Positions 1-10,075 of a stretch of 35,650 nucleotides of DNA are shown piece by piece. The stretch covers positions 1-35,650 of the forward strand of contig JBDRKX010000004.1 in NCBI GenBank assembly GCA_043813605.1. The letters run 5' to 3'. Each line of letters begins with the position of its first letter. Position 1 is the first letter of the stretch. A model generated the notes under the pieces. It was not told the origin of the DNA, made no database searches, and saw only the letters and a list, made by a program, of their open reading frames with translations. The translations under genes and the position numbers were made by a program. The stretch comes from Elusimicrobiota bacterium. Its GTDB lineage: Bacteria; CG03; SLGR01; JBDRKX01.

Positions 1-30
1 CATCTCGTCGTTCGTATCTCAAAAGAAAAT

Positions 31-94
31 ATAGTATCTTGTTACTCGCATTTCGTATTTTGCGAGATATGCTTCACGATTCACTAGATACTAT
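31..94. repeat. Imperfect hairpin directly downstream of the efflux adaptor gene
   Basis: ATAGTATCT (31-39) pairs with AGATACTAT (86-94); CTCGCA (45-50) pairs with TGCGAG (61-66). Confidence 0.5.
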
Positions 95-96
95 TA

Positions 97-1419
97 TTAA
101 TGCTGATGTCCGGGAACTGCCTGCTGTTTATCATCGCTGCCTTCAAGAGCCCCTCCATATTGTGAAGAAGCGGGGCCGGAAAGCTGACTCTGTGAGTCAA
201 GTAAAAAATTTGCTCTTACAACAACCATATCGCCTTGAGCAACTCCTTTTTTTATATTGATCATTCTCTCTTTTTCCATATTGATAAGTGTTATTGCCTC
301 ATATCCGACTTCCACTTCATGCTGCATATATTCACCTGAACCCACATCAACATAAACAAGTTTTCTTTTACCTGTATCAAGTACTGCATCCCTTGGAACG
401 GAAAGCTTCTCACCCAGATGTTTTAAAATTATTACTTTTACATACATATCAGGTTTAAGTTTCATTCCCTCATTAATAACTTCTGCTCTTATCCTCACTG
501 ACCTTGTTTTGGGATTAAGTACAGAATCTATTGCTTTTATATTACCCTTAAAATATTCACCCGGATATGCCGTTGCCTCCACCGTCATCTCCTGTCCCTC
601 TTCAATCAATCCAAGTTCAAACTCATAGATATCAGCGTATACCCATACTGTTTTTTCAGGCAGGATCAGGTTATTATGTACTTTCTTTGTTTTTCTGAGT
701 TCGTTGATCATAACATCGTTGAGTCCAAGCAATTTCAGTTTGTATGCTGCTTCCACCAGGAGGTTCTCTGCTCTCTTTTTGGATTCACCTATAAGGCTTG
801 CGCTCATTTTCTCGGCTGATTGAATAGCCGTTATATATTCTTTTTCCGCCACAACCAGTTCAGGATCATATGCGACTTTTCCCACAGTTACTATTTCCTT
901 TGACAGATGATAGTAATCCGCCTTAAAAGTCCTTATACCCGCCAGCTCTATTTCTCTCTGAGATATCTTAACTACCTTTTTCTTCTCATGGCCTTTATGG
1001 TCTGTCTTCTTTTCTTCATTTTCAGCATATACCGGGTAAAGATCCATATTACATATCGGGCACTGTGTGGTACCATTACCATAATCTTCAGGACTGACTT
1101 TTACACTTGGATGCATTGCATCCGTATAATACAGAATGTCTTCTTTAAGTTCCTCTTTCTCTTCCATTTTTGAAGCGGATGAAGCTTCTTCTTCAGCATA
1201 AACAGGATATAGTGCCATATTGCATACAGGACATTGTGTTATTCCTTTATTGTAGTCTTCCAGACTCACCTTGGAATCTTTCATGGTATCTTCATAATAG
1301 AGTATCCTTTTTTTCGAAGAACCATCGCTTTTCTGTACACAACCGGTTATTACCAATAATGCACTGACTGTAATAATAAATAATGCTATTATTATTGAAT
1401 ATCTTTTTTCTGTGTTCAT
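97..1419 (-). CDS. CusB-like heavy-metal RND efflux periplasmic adaptor with two N-terminal metal-binding repeats
   Basis: Lipobox-like ITGC; two YY-x-D-x-M...CPxCNMxLYPVY repeats; MFP motifs VWVYADIYE, PKTRSVRIRA, LKPDMY, VPRDAVLDTG, FLLDSQSQL. Confidence 0.9.
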   Translation of the reverse strand: MNTEKRYSIIIALFIITVSALLVITGCVQKSDGSSKKRILYYEDTMKDSKVSLEDYNKGITQCPVCNMALYPVYAEEEASSASKMEEKEELKEDILYYTDAMHPSVKVSPEDYGNGTTQCPICNMDLYPVYAENEEKKTDHKGHEKKKVVKISQREIELAGIRTFKADYYHLSKEIVTVGKVAYDPELVVAEKEYITAIQSAEKMSASLIGESKKRAENLLVEAAYKLKLLGLNDVMINELRKTKKVHNNLILPEKTVWVYADIYEFELGLIEEGQEMTVEATAYPGEYFKGNIKAIDSVLNPKTRSVRIRAEVINEGMKLKPDMYVKVIILKHLGEKLSVPRDAVLDTGKRKLVYVDVGSGEYMQHEVEVGYEAITLINMEKERMINIKKGVAQGDMVVVRANFLLDSQSQLSGPASSQYGGALEGSDDKQQAVPGHQH

Positions 1420-2678
1420 CTCCCCTCCTTCATAATATTATGAATATCTGTTCCAGCAATCTCTTCCAGATCTGCCAGACCTTTTAGATAATCTTTAAAA
1501 TGCTCCCAGTACTCTATTTTAAATTCCAGATAGCTCCTCTGGGTATCAAGCCAGTCCAGGAATATAACAGTTCCTGCTTTATATCCGACTTCCGCAACAT
1601 CTCTTGCCTGCTCAGCCCGCGGAATAAAATTTGTTTTAAAGAGTTTATACAAACGCTCATGCATATCTATCATCGTTATAATACTGGTGAGCTTATAATC
1701 GATATTATTCAGCATGTTTTTATATATGGCTTGTGCGCTTTCTAATTCCTTATCTTTTGTTTTAATAATCCCTTTTTGTTTCCAGAAATACACAGGAAGG
1801 TTAAGATTTACTCCCATATCTATTCCGGTAAAATCACCTGATATTTCCCGGGATTTAAACGTAAATCCGAAATCAGGCATATATTCTTTCTTTGCTAATG
1901 TTAAATTATTGTAAGATCTTGTTTCTAATTCTGATTTCTCTTTTAAAACAGGGTTGTTTTTTCTGACGATCATATTTATCCTGCCCCAGTTGAAATCCAT
2001 GCCATTATATTCAGGTTCTTCGACTTCTCCAACAGGTTTTCCTGATGGATAGTCAAGAATTGCGTTTATTTCGGCTTGAACTGTTATTTTTGTTTTTTCT
2101 AAAGTTATGATTTTATTCATAACTTTTGCCAGTTCTACCTGAGCTTTTAATACATTTATATGTTTCTCTTTTCCTACAATATAGCTCTGTTCGGCAACTT
2201 TTGAAAAATAATCCAATATTTCTTCTTCCTGCCTGAATATCTCGATACTTTTTTGAAGATAGAAATACTCATAATAGGCCTTTTTAAGTTTCGTCAATAC
2301 TTTCCATCTGTCTTGTTCGTATGTATATTTATAAACATTACCTTCGCTCTCCGCTATTTTTCCTTTAAGAGATAATTTCCCGGGAAAAGGATATTTCTGA
2401 CTCAGCATCAATACTTTGCGGCCTCTGTATCTCATGTCTTTGTCTTCATCAGGAAGGTTTTCAAACGATATCCCCAAATTTATATCTGATGGTGTTTTAG
2501 CCGGAATAATTCCGGCTATTTTAGATTCCCATTTTGCATGGGCTGATCTTATTTCAGGATTCCTTTCGAGTGCTATTTTTATTAAAATACCTAAGCCTGT
2601 TTTGTCTTGGGCAATTGCATATTTACTTGTAAATACACTCGATAATATAATGAAGCAGATGCATGTTATTCTTTTCAT
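1416..2678 (-). CDS. TolC-family outer membrane efflux protein
   Basis: Signal peptide from the ATG at 2678 (the track start at 2726 overlaps csoR); motifs ALERNPEI, SQKYPFPGKL, YKAGTVIFLDWLDTQR; stop overlaps the next start. Confidence 0.9.
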   Translation of the reverse strand: MKRITCICFIILSSVFTSKYAIAQDKTGLGILIKIALERNPEIRSAHAKWESKIAGIIPAKTPSDINLGISFENLPDEDKDMRYRGRKVLMLSQKYPFPGKLSLKGKIAESEGNVYKYTYEQDRWKVLTKLKKAYYEYFYLQKSIEIFRQEEEILDYFSKVAEQSYIVGKEKHINVLKAQVELAKVMNKIITLEKTKITVQAEINAILDYPSGKPVGEVEEPEYNGMDFNWGRINMIVRKNNPVLKEKSELETRSYNNLTLAKKEYMPDFGFTFKSREISGDFTGIDMGVNLNLPVYFWKQKGIIKTKDKELESAQAIYKNMLNNIDYKLTSIITMIDMHERLYKLFKTNFIPRAEQARDVAEVGYKAGTVIFLDWLDTQRSYLEFKIEYWEHFKDYLKGLADLEEIAGTDIHNIMKEGR

Positions 2679-2688
2679 ATTAACCCCG

Positions 2689-2958
2689 TCATTTAATGAA
2701 TTTATGTATTGTTTCCATAAGTTCATTTATCTTATCTTCTCCACCGGTTCTTTTTATATCTTCCTTTATACAAGTGTTTATATGGTTTTTCATTACTTCA
2801 CAACCCAGTGATTCCAATGCCCTGCGAACTGCCGTTATCTGATTAATAATATCAACACAATATTTTTTATTTTCGATCATTCTCCTGATGCCGTTTATCT
2901 GTCCGGCTATCTTGTTAAGTCTTTTTCCTAATTCTGTCTGCATTTTTACATCTATCAT
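2689..2958 (-). CDS. CsoR/RcnR-family metal-sensing repressor
   Basis: RLNKIAGQINGIRRMIE-x3-YC-x-DIINQI-x-AVR-x-AL...H-x3-C with the Cys/His/Cys ligands; AGGAGG RBS. Confidence 0.93.
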   Translation of the reverse strand: MIDVKMQTELGKRLNKIAGQINGIRRMIENKKYCVDIINQITAVRRALESLGCEVMKNHINTCIKEDIKRTGGEDKINELMETIHKFIK

Positions 2959-2975
2959 ACATATCCTCCTATACC

Positions 2976-3018
2976 ATATACCTGTATATAGTATATATTA
3001 TAAGCAGTAATTAGTCAA
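2976..3018 (-). promoter_or_regulatory. Sigma70 promoter of the csoR operon with an overlapping CsoR-type operator
   Basis: TTGACT (3018-3013), 17-bp spacer, TATACT (2995-2990); inverted repeat ATATAC-N9-GTATAT (2976-2996) overlaps the -10 box. Confidence 0.75.
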
Positions 3019-3107
3019 TAGAACGGCGCTTATAGCCGGGACACAGCTGATGACAAGAAAGAAAGGCAGTAATCCCATGTTCAATGCAAGCAGGTCTTTT
3101 AGAACTA

Positions 3108-4805
3108 TTATAATTTATCCCTTTTCAGAAACTCAAAATTGCAGATTCTCAGTTCAATATTTCCTTCATCATCCTTGACTATATTCCCCGCATCATCAAT
3201 CGAGAGCAACAAATGATTTCCTCTCAGACTTAGCGCATCATACCCTAATCTATTTAGCCTATCTTTTGTGATCTCAAGGAATGACAGGTACTCTTCTTTG
3301 GAAATTATCTCTTCCCGGTATGCTTTCAGCATATCTACTCCCTCATAATATACTCCGTCCCTGACCGCCAGCAACTCGTCGGGACCGTTCCAGTAACCCC
3401 AGATCAGGATGTAATCATGGTCTTTTGAAAGTATCGGCACATCATCGGAGGTTTTCAGCTCACTATGAGATTTATACCTGCCGTCATCATAGACATTTTG
3501 AGGTATTTCTATCTCACCTCCGGGCATATATACAGCCCTTGGATATATAGTAGGCACACCTTTATTACTGAGATCTATCGCAATGGCTATTTCCTCAAAA
3601 GGACTGTTATATCCATATTCCATTATGGCTTCCTCATCTTCTTTAAAGGGGTCTAATTCGGGTTTGATACCCACTTTTGATAATTTCCAGACTATATTGA
3701 TATTATCTTTTGTTTTAGTATGATACATCTCATTGGATTTCGATATCCTTGTTTTAGGGGTATGTTCCCATCGTTCCGGAAGAAAATAATCATATAAGAA
3801 CGGATCTTTTCCCACTACCCACAACCGGCCTTTGGTACTTCCCACCAGCCCGTAGACATAATCCACCCCGAGTACATTCTCATACGCTAGATGCGGGTGG
3901 AATGTTTTTATGTTTTCTTCAGAGAATCTGTCCCTTTGTCTTGTCAAATATTCAGCACGCCTGAGCCTCCTGATCTCATTATCCCTTTCAGGGATCCTGT
4001 TCAATAATTCATAATCAACGAGCCCGAAAACTATTTTACCGTCTTTATCCCTCAATAATCCGCTCTTTTTCTCGGACCTGACTATTATATGATGCGGCTT
4101 TCTGTCCAGGACAGTATAACCGTAATTCTGTATTTTATCTTCTCCTTTTATAGTCAGGATTTCCATAAAATATTCATTCAGGTTGTATTCTTTACAGGCA
4201 CAGGTAACATCTACCCCTTTGATCCATTCATATATCATTGCATAAGGACGGCACATATCCAGTTCTATGTCCGTATGCGATGCTATAACATCTTTCATCT
4301 TATATACTTTTCTTCCCAATCTGAATGGATCAACATTTTTTGATGGCACATATATGGCCAGCGGCTTCTGTAACGCCAGTTTTTCTTTTGCATTATACAA
4401 CTGTTCCCTCAGCTCCATAACAAGAGAAAACTCTTCAAAAGGGCTGTTGAATTCCGCGTTCAGCAGATCACTAGTTTCATCTATACCGGGAATATCCTGG
4501 CCCATACGGTTCCATTTAACTACTATTTCCTTGGATTTATTGTTTACTCTTTTCGTTTTTACTTTATATATAGAACTGGTTCCCGATAATTTCGTGGAAT
4601 TATTGTTATACCATTCTTTATCAAGCAAGAAGTTTTCAGGCTTCAGGTTTTCGATAAATGATAATCCATATTTTGTTATATAAAGGTCGTCTTTATTTTC
4701 AAGTGTCAGATGGGCATATTCAACATCAAGGATCCTGGTAAGCTCGTTATTCTTTTTGTCGCTTACATTGCCATACCATTCTGTTAATTGCTTATCTTTT
4801 ATCAT
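3108..4805 (-). CDS. Uncharacterised protein with two tandem protein-kinase-like repeats
   Basis: Internal duplication: IVVKW...NSPFEE...P-x-A-x-Y and IVWKL...NSPFEE...P-x-A-x-Y; DRKPHHII...LVDYE in repeat 1 and SLRGNHLL...ICNFE in repeat 2. Confidence 0.6.
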   Translation of the reverse strand: MIKDKQLTEWYGNVSDKKNNELTRILDVEYAHLTLENKDDLYITKYGLSFIENLKPENFLLDKEWYNNNSTKLSGTSSIYKVKTKRVNNKSKEIVVKWNRMGQDIPGIDETSDLLNAEFNSPFEEFSLVMELREQLYNAKEKLALQKPLAIYVPSKNVDPFRLGRKVYKMKDVIASHTDIELDMCRPYAMIYEWIKGVDVTCACKEYNLNEYFMEILTIKGEDKIQNYGYTVLDRKPHHIIVRSEKKSGLLRDKDGKIVFGLVDYELLNRIPERDNEIRRLRRAEYLTRQRDRFSEENIKTFHPHLAYENVLGVDYVYGLVGSTKGRLWVVGKDPFLYDYFLPERWEHTPKTRISKSNEMYHTKTKDNINIVWKLSKVGIKPELDPFKEDEEAIMEYGYNSPFEEIAIAIDLSNKGVPTIYPRAVYMPGGEIEIPQNVYDDGRYKSHSELKTSDDVPILSKDHDYILIWGYWNGPDELLAVRDGVYYEGVDMLKAYREEIISKEEYLSFLEITKDRLNRLGYDALSLRGNHLLLSIDDAGNIVKDDEGNIELRICNFEFLKRDKL

Positions 4806-5074
4806 TGTTTCTTTATCAATTATTCCTACTTTATCATATTCTATTATCTTTTCATTTATTAATCAATCTGGATTGTTTTTATTTTATTATCAGCAGGTGC
4901 AGACTTAAATTATATTACTTTTTGATCAGAATGGTCTCTCTTCAAACAGGCAGAGACAGATTTTTACCTGCTGTAATATCTATGAATGGTATGAATGTGA
5001 CCGTATAAAATCCGATGTACAAAACACCTTAATTGCTTAAACCGTCGAAGCTGTAATAATCCGGAAAATATTAA

Positions 5075-5557
5075 TTAGTAATTATCCAGATGGTTCCATT
5101 CGGCGTTTTCAAGCCAGGTCTGGGGCCTGTTGATGAATTCTATTATATTCTCTATGAGCCTGTAATGTTTTTTTTCTTCTTCGATGATATCCAGAACGTT
5201 CTGCTTTTGTGATCCTTCAAACTTGTCTGAGTGCTTTTCATAATAATCTATGCTTTTTTGTTCTGCAGACAAAGCATCGCGGTATATAGATACCTCATAA
5301 TTCTCCATACTTACTTCAGTAGGTCTCTTCCCCATTTCCTGAAATATTATTTTTGCTTCTTCAATTACATTATCATTTTCCAGTACGGCATTCCCCCCGC
5401 TATTCATATTCTTGAAAACCTGTTTGTGCTGCAGTTCCGCGTCAGCGAGATAACCGAGGATATTCTTCATCCCGGTATCTTCAGCTTTATCAGCAAGATC
5501 TCTGTACATTTTTTCACCTTCAGTTTCAATGCCTATTGCAAAATCTATTATATCCAC
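5075..5557 (-). CDS. Ferritin-like (rubrerythrin-family) protein
   Basis: AIGIE-x2-G-x2-Y, LADAELQH, ALSAE...YY, EEEKKH diiron-type pattern. Confidence 0.85.
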   Translation of the reverse strand: MDIIDFAIGIETEGEKMYRDLADKAEDTGMKNILGYLADAELQHKQVFKNMNSGGNAVLENDNVIEEAKIIFQEMGKRPTEVSMENYEVSIYRDALSAEQKSIDYYEKHSDKFEGSQKQNVLDIIEEEKKHYRLIENIIEFINRPQTWLENAEWNHLDNY

Positions 5558-5568
5558 TGTTTAGCTCC

Positions 5569-6069
5569 TTATTCTATCTCCATAAATTTACTGCCGGGCA
5601 CATTGCATATCGGACAGTTTTCCGGAGGACTACCCTCAATAGTGTTACCGCATACGGGACAGACGAATATAGATGCTGGGAGCAGGTCCCCTCCGCCCTT
5701 TACAGCTTCCAGTGCCTTGGAATAAAGATCATGGTGTATCTCTTCCACAGCCAGCGCATTCTTGAACGAAAACTCGGCCGGCTTCATCCCCTCTTCCCGG
5801 GCAACTTCAAGGAATCCCGGGTACATCCTCTTGAATTCTTCTCCCTCGCCTTTTATTGCCGTCTCCAGGTTCTCTACCGTGCTCTTGACCCCTCCCATCA
5901 CGCGCAGATGGGCATGGGCATATACCGTTTCTGCTTCTGCCGCGGCACGGAACAGTTTTGCTACCTGTATTAACCCGTCTTCCTCAGCCTTTTTTGCAAA
6001 TGCAAGATACAGCCGGTTCGCCTGGCTCTCCCCCGCAAACGCTTCCTGCAGATTTTCTAATGTTGACAT
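5569..6069 (-). CDS. rbr: Rubrerythrin
   Basis: TLENLQEAFAGESQAN, MYPGF, VEEIH, and a C-terminal CPVCG...CPIC rubredoxin domain; the first ExxH reads ExxY. Confidence 0.92.
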   Translation of the reverse strand: MSTLENLQEAFAGESQANRLYLAFAKKAEEDGLIQVAKLFRAAAEAETVYAHAHLRVMGGVKSTVENLETAIKGEGEEFKRMYPGFLEVAREEGMKPAEFSFKNALAVEEIHHDLYSKALEAVKGGGDLLPASIFVCPVCGNTIEGSPPENCPICNVPGSKFMEIE

Positions 6070-6092
6070 AAGTTTTACTCCTATGTTTTCTT

Positions 6093-6851
6093 TTATTCTC
6101 CGAGATGCCGGACCAGGCCAGTACTCCTCGGCACGATAAGATCCGCTTTTTTTATCTGGCCTTCGGTTCCTGATTTAAAATCTACATCGATTATTTCGAT
6201 AAACTCTGCCGAATAATCTTTTAGGATTCCGCAATATTCATTCAATATATCGTTTTCAAGTATTTCAAGCACGACTTTATGCCCTATGTGCTTTTCAAGC
6301 AGCGGTTCGTAGGCATTGCTGACACTGCCGATATACTCGTCTTTGACCTTTGACAGGTATTTATCCTGTGTCCCGGAAAACCTTCCCATAACAGTCTTCT
6401 TCTTTGCCTGCCCGAGAAAAAGGTTTATGATCTCTACCATAGAATCCCTTATGGTCTTGAACATGTTTGTTATCTTTCTTATAACTCTTTTAAAGAATCC
6501 CGGATGGTAGGTTTTTTTCAGCATCTTCTCGCGTTTTTTCAATTCAGGTACATCAAGATCGTCAAGGTAGGATATAAGGTAACGGAGATTCGGGTATTCC
6601 GATTTATACAATATGAAACTCTTCTCAAAATGCCCGTCACTGTCTTTTCTCAGTTCTTTATATGTAAGTTCAAATCCGGTAGTTTCCACACTGAACCTGC
6701 CCCAAACCCTTTTTCCCGTAATATCTTCGTATGTGATATTCTTGTTTATGCAGTCCTTTAAGCATTTATCTTTTATCCGGCCTCTTATAAAAGCTGTTAT
6801 CAGGGTAAACGCGACTATTGTCAGTACTGTTAATGTAAATGAATCAATCAT
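6093..6851 (-). CDS. Hypothetical protein with an N-terminal membrane anchor
   Basis: 252-aa ORF within the operon, hydrophobic N-terminus, no family recognised. Confidence 0.7.
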   Translation of the reverse strand: MIDSFTLTVLTIVAFTLITAFIRGRIKDKCLKDCINKNITYEDITGKRVWGRFSVETTGFELTYKELRKDSDGHFEKSFILYKSEYPNLRYLISYLDDLDVPELKKREKMLKKTYHPGFFKRVIRKITNMFKTIRDSMVEIINLFLGQAKKKTVMGRFSGTQDKYLSKVKDEYIGSVSNAYEPLLEKHIGHKVVLEILENDILNEYCGILKDYSAEFIEIIDVDFKSGTEGQIKKADLIVPRSTGLVRHLGE

Positions 6852-6889
6852 ATTTTTATCCTGTTACTGTATTTAATATACAAGGAATA

Positions 6890-8518
6890 TTATTGTCCTT
6901 CAGTTATCGCTTTTATGTCGTCTTCTACATTCGTGATCGGTTTCAAGTCGAACTTCTCAACTATCACTTTCACTATATTGGGTGACAGAAAAGCAGGAAC
7001 AGTAGGACCCAGGTGGATCTTTTTAAATCCGAGATACAGCAGTGCAAGAAGAACCGCAACAGCTTTCTGCTCATACCATGCGATATCGAACGATAACGGC
7101 AGATTATTGATATCATCAAGCCCGAAGATTTCCTTTAATTTCAAAGCTATTACTGCCAGTGAATAAGAATCGTTGCACTGTCCCGCATCAAGTACTCTCG
7201 GGATTCCATTTATGTCGCCTAATCCTAATTTGTTATAACGGTATTTCGCGCATCCCGCGGTCAGAATGATCATATCTTCCGGGAGGTTCCGGGCGACTTC
7301 TGAAAAATATTTTCTTGTCGGATGTCTGCCGTCGCAGCCGGCCATGACAACGAAACGCTTAATTGCACCTGACTTTACCGCTCCTACAATTTGATCAGAT
7401 AGAGCTAACACCTGGTTGTGCGCAAATCCCCCTAAAATTTCCCCTTTATCGATCTCTACCGGAGAAGGACATTTTTTAGCCAGTTCTATTATTTCTGAAA
7501 AATCTTTCTGTTTGCCTTCTTCCCGGTCCGGGATATGCCTGACTCCCGGATAACCTGCCATTCCAGTTGTGAATATCCTGTCTTTGTAGGAATCTTTAAC
7601 AGGTATGATGCAGTTAGTTGTCATGATTATCGGGCCGTTAAAGGATTCGAACTCCTTATTCTGATGCCACCACGAGCTTCCGTAATTTCCCGTAAAATGT
7701 TCGTATTTCTTGAATTTCGGATAATAATTAGCCGGGAGCATCTCGCTGTGAGTATATACATCAACACCTGTTCCCTTAGTCTGCTCGAGCAGTTCTTCCA
7801 TATCTTTGAGGTCATGGCCCGATATCAATATCCCGGGATTATTGCCGACTCCGATATTCACTTTCGTGATCTCAGGGTTTCCATATTGAGAGGTATTCGC
7901 TTTATCCAGCAATTCCATGGCTTTTACTGCTGTATGGCCCGCTTCAAGCACCAGTCCGGTCAATTCATCAGCAGAAAGGTCCTTCGTCAATGCAGCCAGT
8001 CCTTTTACTAAGAATGAGGATATCTCTTCGTTAAAATGGTCCAGCACAGCCGCATGGTCAGCGTAAGCGGCAATCCCTTTCATTCCATATAACAAAAGCG
8101 ATTTCAGTGAGCGTATATCTTCATTATCACTGTAACTCAATATTCCTATCTGTGAAGCTTTTTCCCTGAACTCTTCTTTAGATCCGGCAGTCCAGTTTGC
8201 AGCATCGTGTTCAACCGGTTCTTTTGAAACCGTTTTTAATCCATCCCTTAAACTAATGGCTTTTCTTATCAGATCAGCTATCCTGTCTTCATCAAAATTG
8301 GCGTTAGTTATAGTCGAAAAAAGCGCCTGACATACAAAAACACCCTTTTCTTTGTCAAGACTGGTTGAAAGTTTTTCTGCATACAATGATATACCCTGCA
8401 GAATATATATCAACAGGTCCTGCAGGTTGGCAGTAGTTTCATCCTTGCCGCACACTCCCCGGTTCGTACAACCTGTATTTTTCACCGTTTCCTGACATTG
8501 ATAGCAGAACATGCTCAT
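6890..8518 (-). CDS. hcp: Hybrid cluster protein (hydroxylamine reductase)
   Basis: [10 protein letters not shown]4-GCT-x2-[44 protein letters not shown]. Confidence 0.97.
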   Translation of the reverse strand: MSMFCYQCQETVKNTGCTNRGVCGKDETTANLQDLLIYILQGISLYAEKLSTSLDKEKGVFVCQALFSTITNANFDEDRIADLIRKAISLRDGLKTVSKEPVEHDAANWTAGSKEEFREKASQIGILSYSDNEDIRSLKSLLLYGMKGIAAYADHAAVLDHFNEEISSFLVKGLAALTKDLSADELTGLVLEAGHTAVKAMELLDKANTSQYGNPEITKVNIGVGNNPGILISGHDLKDMEELLEQTKGTGVDVYTHSEMLPANYYPKFKKYEHFTGNYGSSWWHQNKEFESFNGPIIMTTNCIIPVKDSYKDRIFTTGMAGYPGVRHIPDREEGKQKDFSEIIELAKKCPSPVEIDKGEILGGFAHNQVLALSDQIVGAVKSGAIKRFVVMAGCDGRHPTRKYFSEVARNLPEDMIILTAGCAKYRYNKLGLGDINGIPRVLDAGQCNDSYSLAVIALKLKEIFGLDDINNLPLSFDIAWYEQKAVAVLLALLYLGFKKIHLGPTVPAFLSPNIVKVIVEKFDLKPITNVEDDIKAITEGQ

Positions 8519-8620
8519 TTATTACTCCTGGTATAATGTTCACATGAAATATATATTGCTATATACTTCTACCTACAAACAAAAAATTTATATAATGTTT
8601 CCATTATGTTTTTTCTCATA

Positions 8621-8808
8621 AGCGGGAAGACAGCTTGCTTGTACTCCTTATGGGGCATATGCCACCATTTAAAAAAGATTGCTGCTTCCTGCCTGTCAAA
8701 CTGGGAGTATTTATTAAGGATGATATGGGGCCGAGTTGATACCCGGCTACCATTTATTTCCCAGGCTATATAGCGTTTGACTTTGCGCAGGAAGTTTTTC
8801 CTCCCGCT
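8621..8808 (+). ncRNA. Candidate IS110 bridge RNA (structured core; 5' end probably nearer 8545)
   Basis: Two look-alike internal-loop modules (ATGGGGC...GCYACCATTTA), nested perfect stems, and loop segments matching the reconstructed target and donor. Confidence 0.75.
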
Positions 8809-8854
8809 GTAATTAGAAAGAACAACTACAAAACCATGAAAGGAGGTTTTGCTT

Positions 8855-10075
8855 ATGTTTCATCTCGGTATTGATGTCTCTAAAGAATCTCACCGTTTCG
8901 TTATCCTTGATAACGATGGAGAAAAATTTCACAAACCCTTCTCCTACAAAAATTCCTTGGAGGAGTTTCGTAAACTCCTCGATCATCTCAAAGAACTCGG
9001 TCTCTCCCCGGAAAATGTCCTTGCCGGCCTCGAAGCTACAGGTAACCTCTGGGAGAATCTCTACTCTTTTCTCACGGATAAAGGCTTCAAAGTAATTGTT
9101 CTCAATCCCCATCAGACCAACAAGTTCCGGGAAGCTCTCAGAAAAAAAGCCAAAACCGACGATATTGACGCTTTTGTCATCGCCGGACTTCTCCGCTCAG
9201 GCGAATATGCTTCCTCTTATGTCCCGAAAGAAGACATACAGATCCTCAGAGAGTTCACTAAAATGCGCTATGAATTTATCAAAGACCGCAAAAACTACCA
9301 GCGACAGTGCTTTTCGCTGCTTGCACTGGTATTCCCGGAATACTCTGACACCGCACTGAAAAATCCCTTCGGCATTGCTTCTTCCTCCATCCTGAAACAG
9401 TTTCCCACTGCTTCCCATATGGCCAATGCCAAAGTAAAACAAATCGAGAAAATCGTCCGGTCAATCCAGGGCAACAACTTCAATATCAATGAAATCAAAC
9501 ACATCATCGAAACCGCTAAATCTTCTATCTATTCCGGCAGAGCCGCCGAGGCAAGAGGCCTCTCTCTCAAAATGCTCCTGGAAAACATTCAGGTTCTCAA
9601 TAATCATATTAATGACCTGGACAACAAAATAGAAGAAATCCTTTCTCCTTCTTCTCATGACGATTCGAACAGCTTCCCAGGTGCTAATCTTCTTTCTATT
9701 CCCGGAGTTGGAAAGAAAACTCTGGCTGCCATTCTTTCTTTTGTCGGCTCTGACGGTAATGCCTTTGATTCCACAACCAAATTCATCGGTCATATCGGCT
9801 TTTTTCCGAAAATATATGAGTCCGGCGAAACACGCAGAGCCAATACCATTTCTAAACGGGGCCCTAAACATTTACGCTGGGCACTGTATATGGCTGCTGT
9901 CGCGTCTCTCAAACATAATCCCCAAATGAGGACCCTTTACCACAAAAAGGTCTCACAGGGAAAATCTTCCAAGCAAGCTTTGATTTATGTGGCTAAAAAA
10001 CTGGCTCAGCTTATGCTCAGTATGCTTAAATCCGGCGAACTCTATAAAATCGAAAGAGTCTTTATGCCGTCTTGA
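8855..10075 (+). CDS. IS110-family transposase/recombinase
   Basis: RuvC-like DEDD residues in GIDVSK, GLEATG, KTDDIDA; SIPGVG, YESG and ISKRGPKHLRWALY; AAGGAGG RBS before the ATG at 8855. Confidence 0.96.
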   Translation: MFHLGIDVSKESHRFVILDNDGEKFHKPFSYKNSLEEFRKLLDHLKELGLSPENVLAGLEATGNLWENLYSFLTDKGFKVIVLNPHQTNKFREALRKKAKTDDIDAFVIAGLLRSGEYASSYVPKEDIQILREFTKMRYEFIKDRKNYQRQCFSLLALVFPEYSDTALKNPFGIASSSILKQFPTASHMANAKVKQIEKIVRSIQGNNFNINEIKHIIETAKSSIYSGRAAEARGLSLKMLLENIQVLNNHINDLDNKIEEILSPSSHDDSNSFPGANLLSIPGVGKKTLAAILSFVGSDGNAFDSTTKFIGHIGFFPKIYESGETRRANTISKRGPKHLRWALYMAAVASLKHNPQMRTLYHKKVSQGKSSKQALIYVAKKLAQLMLSMLKSGELYKIERVFMPS

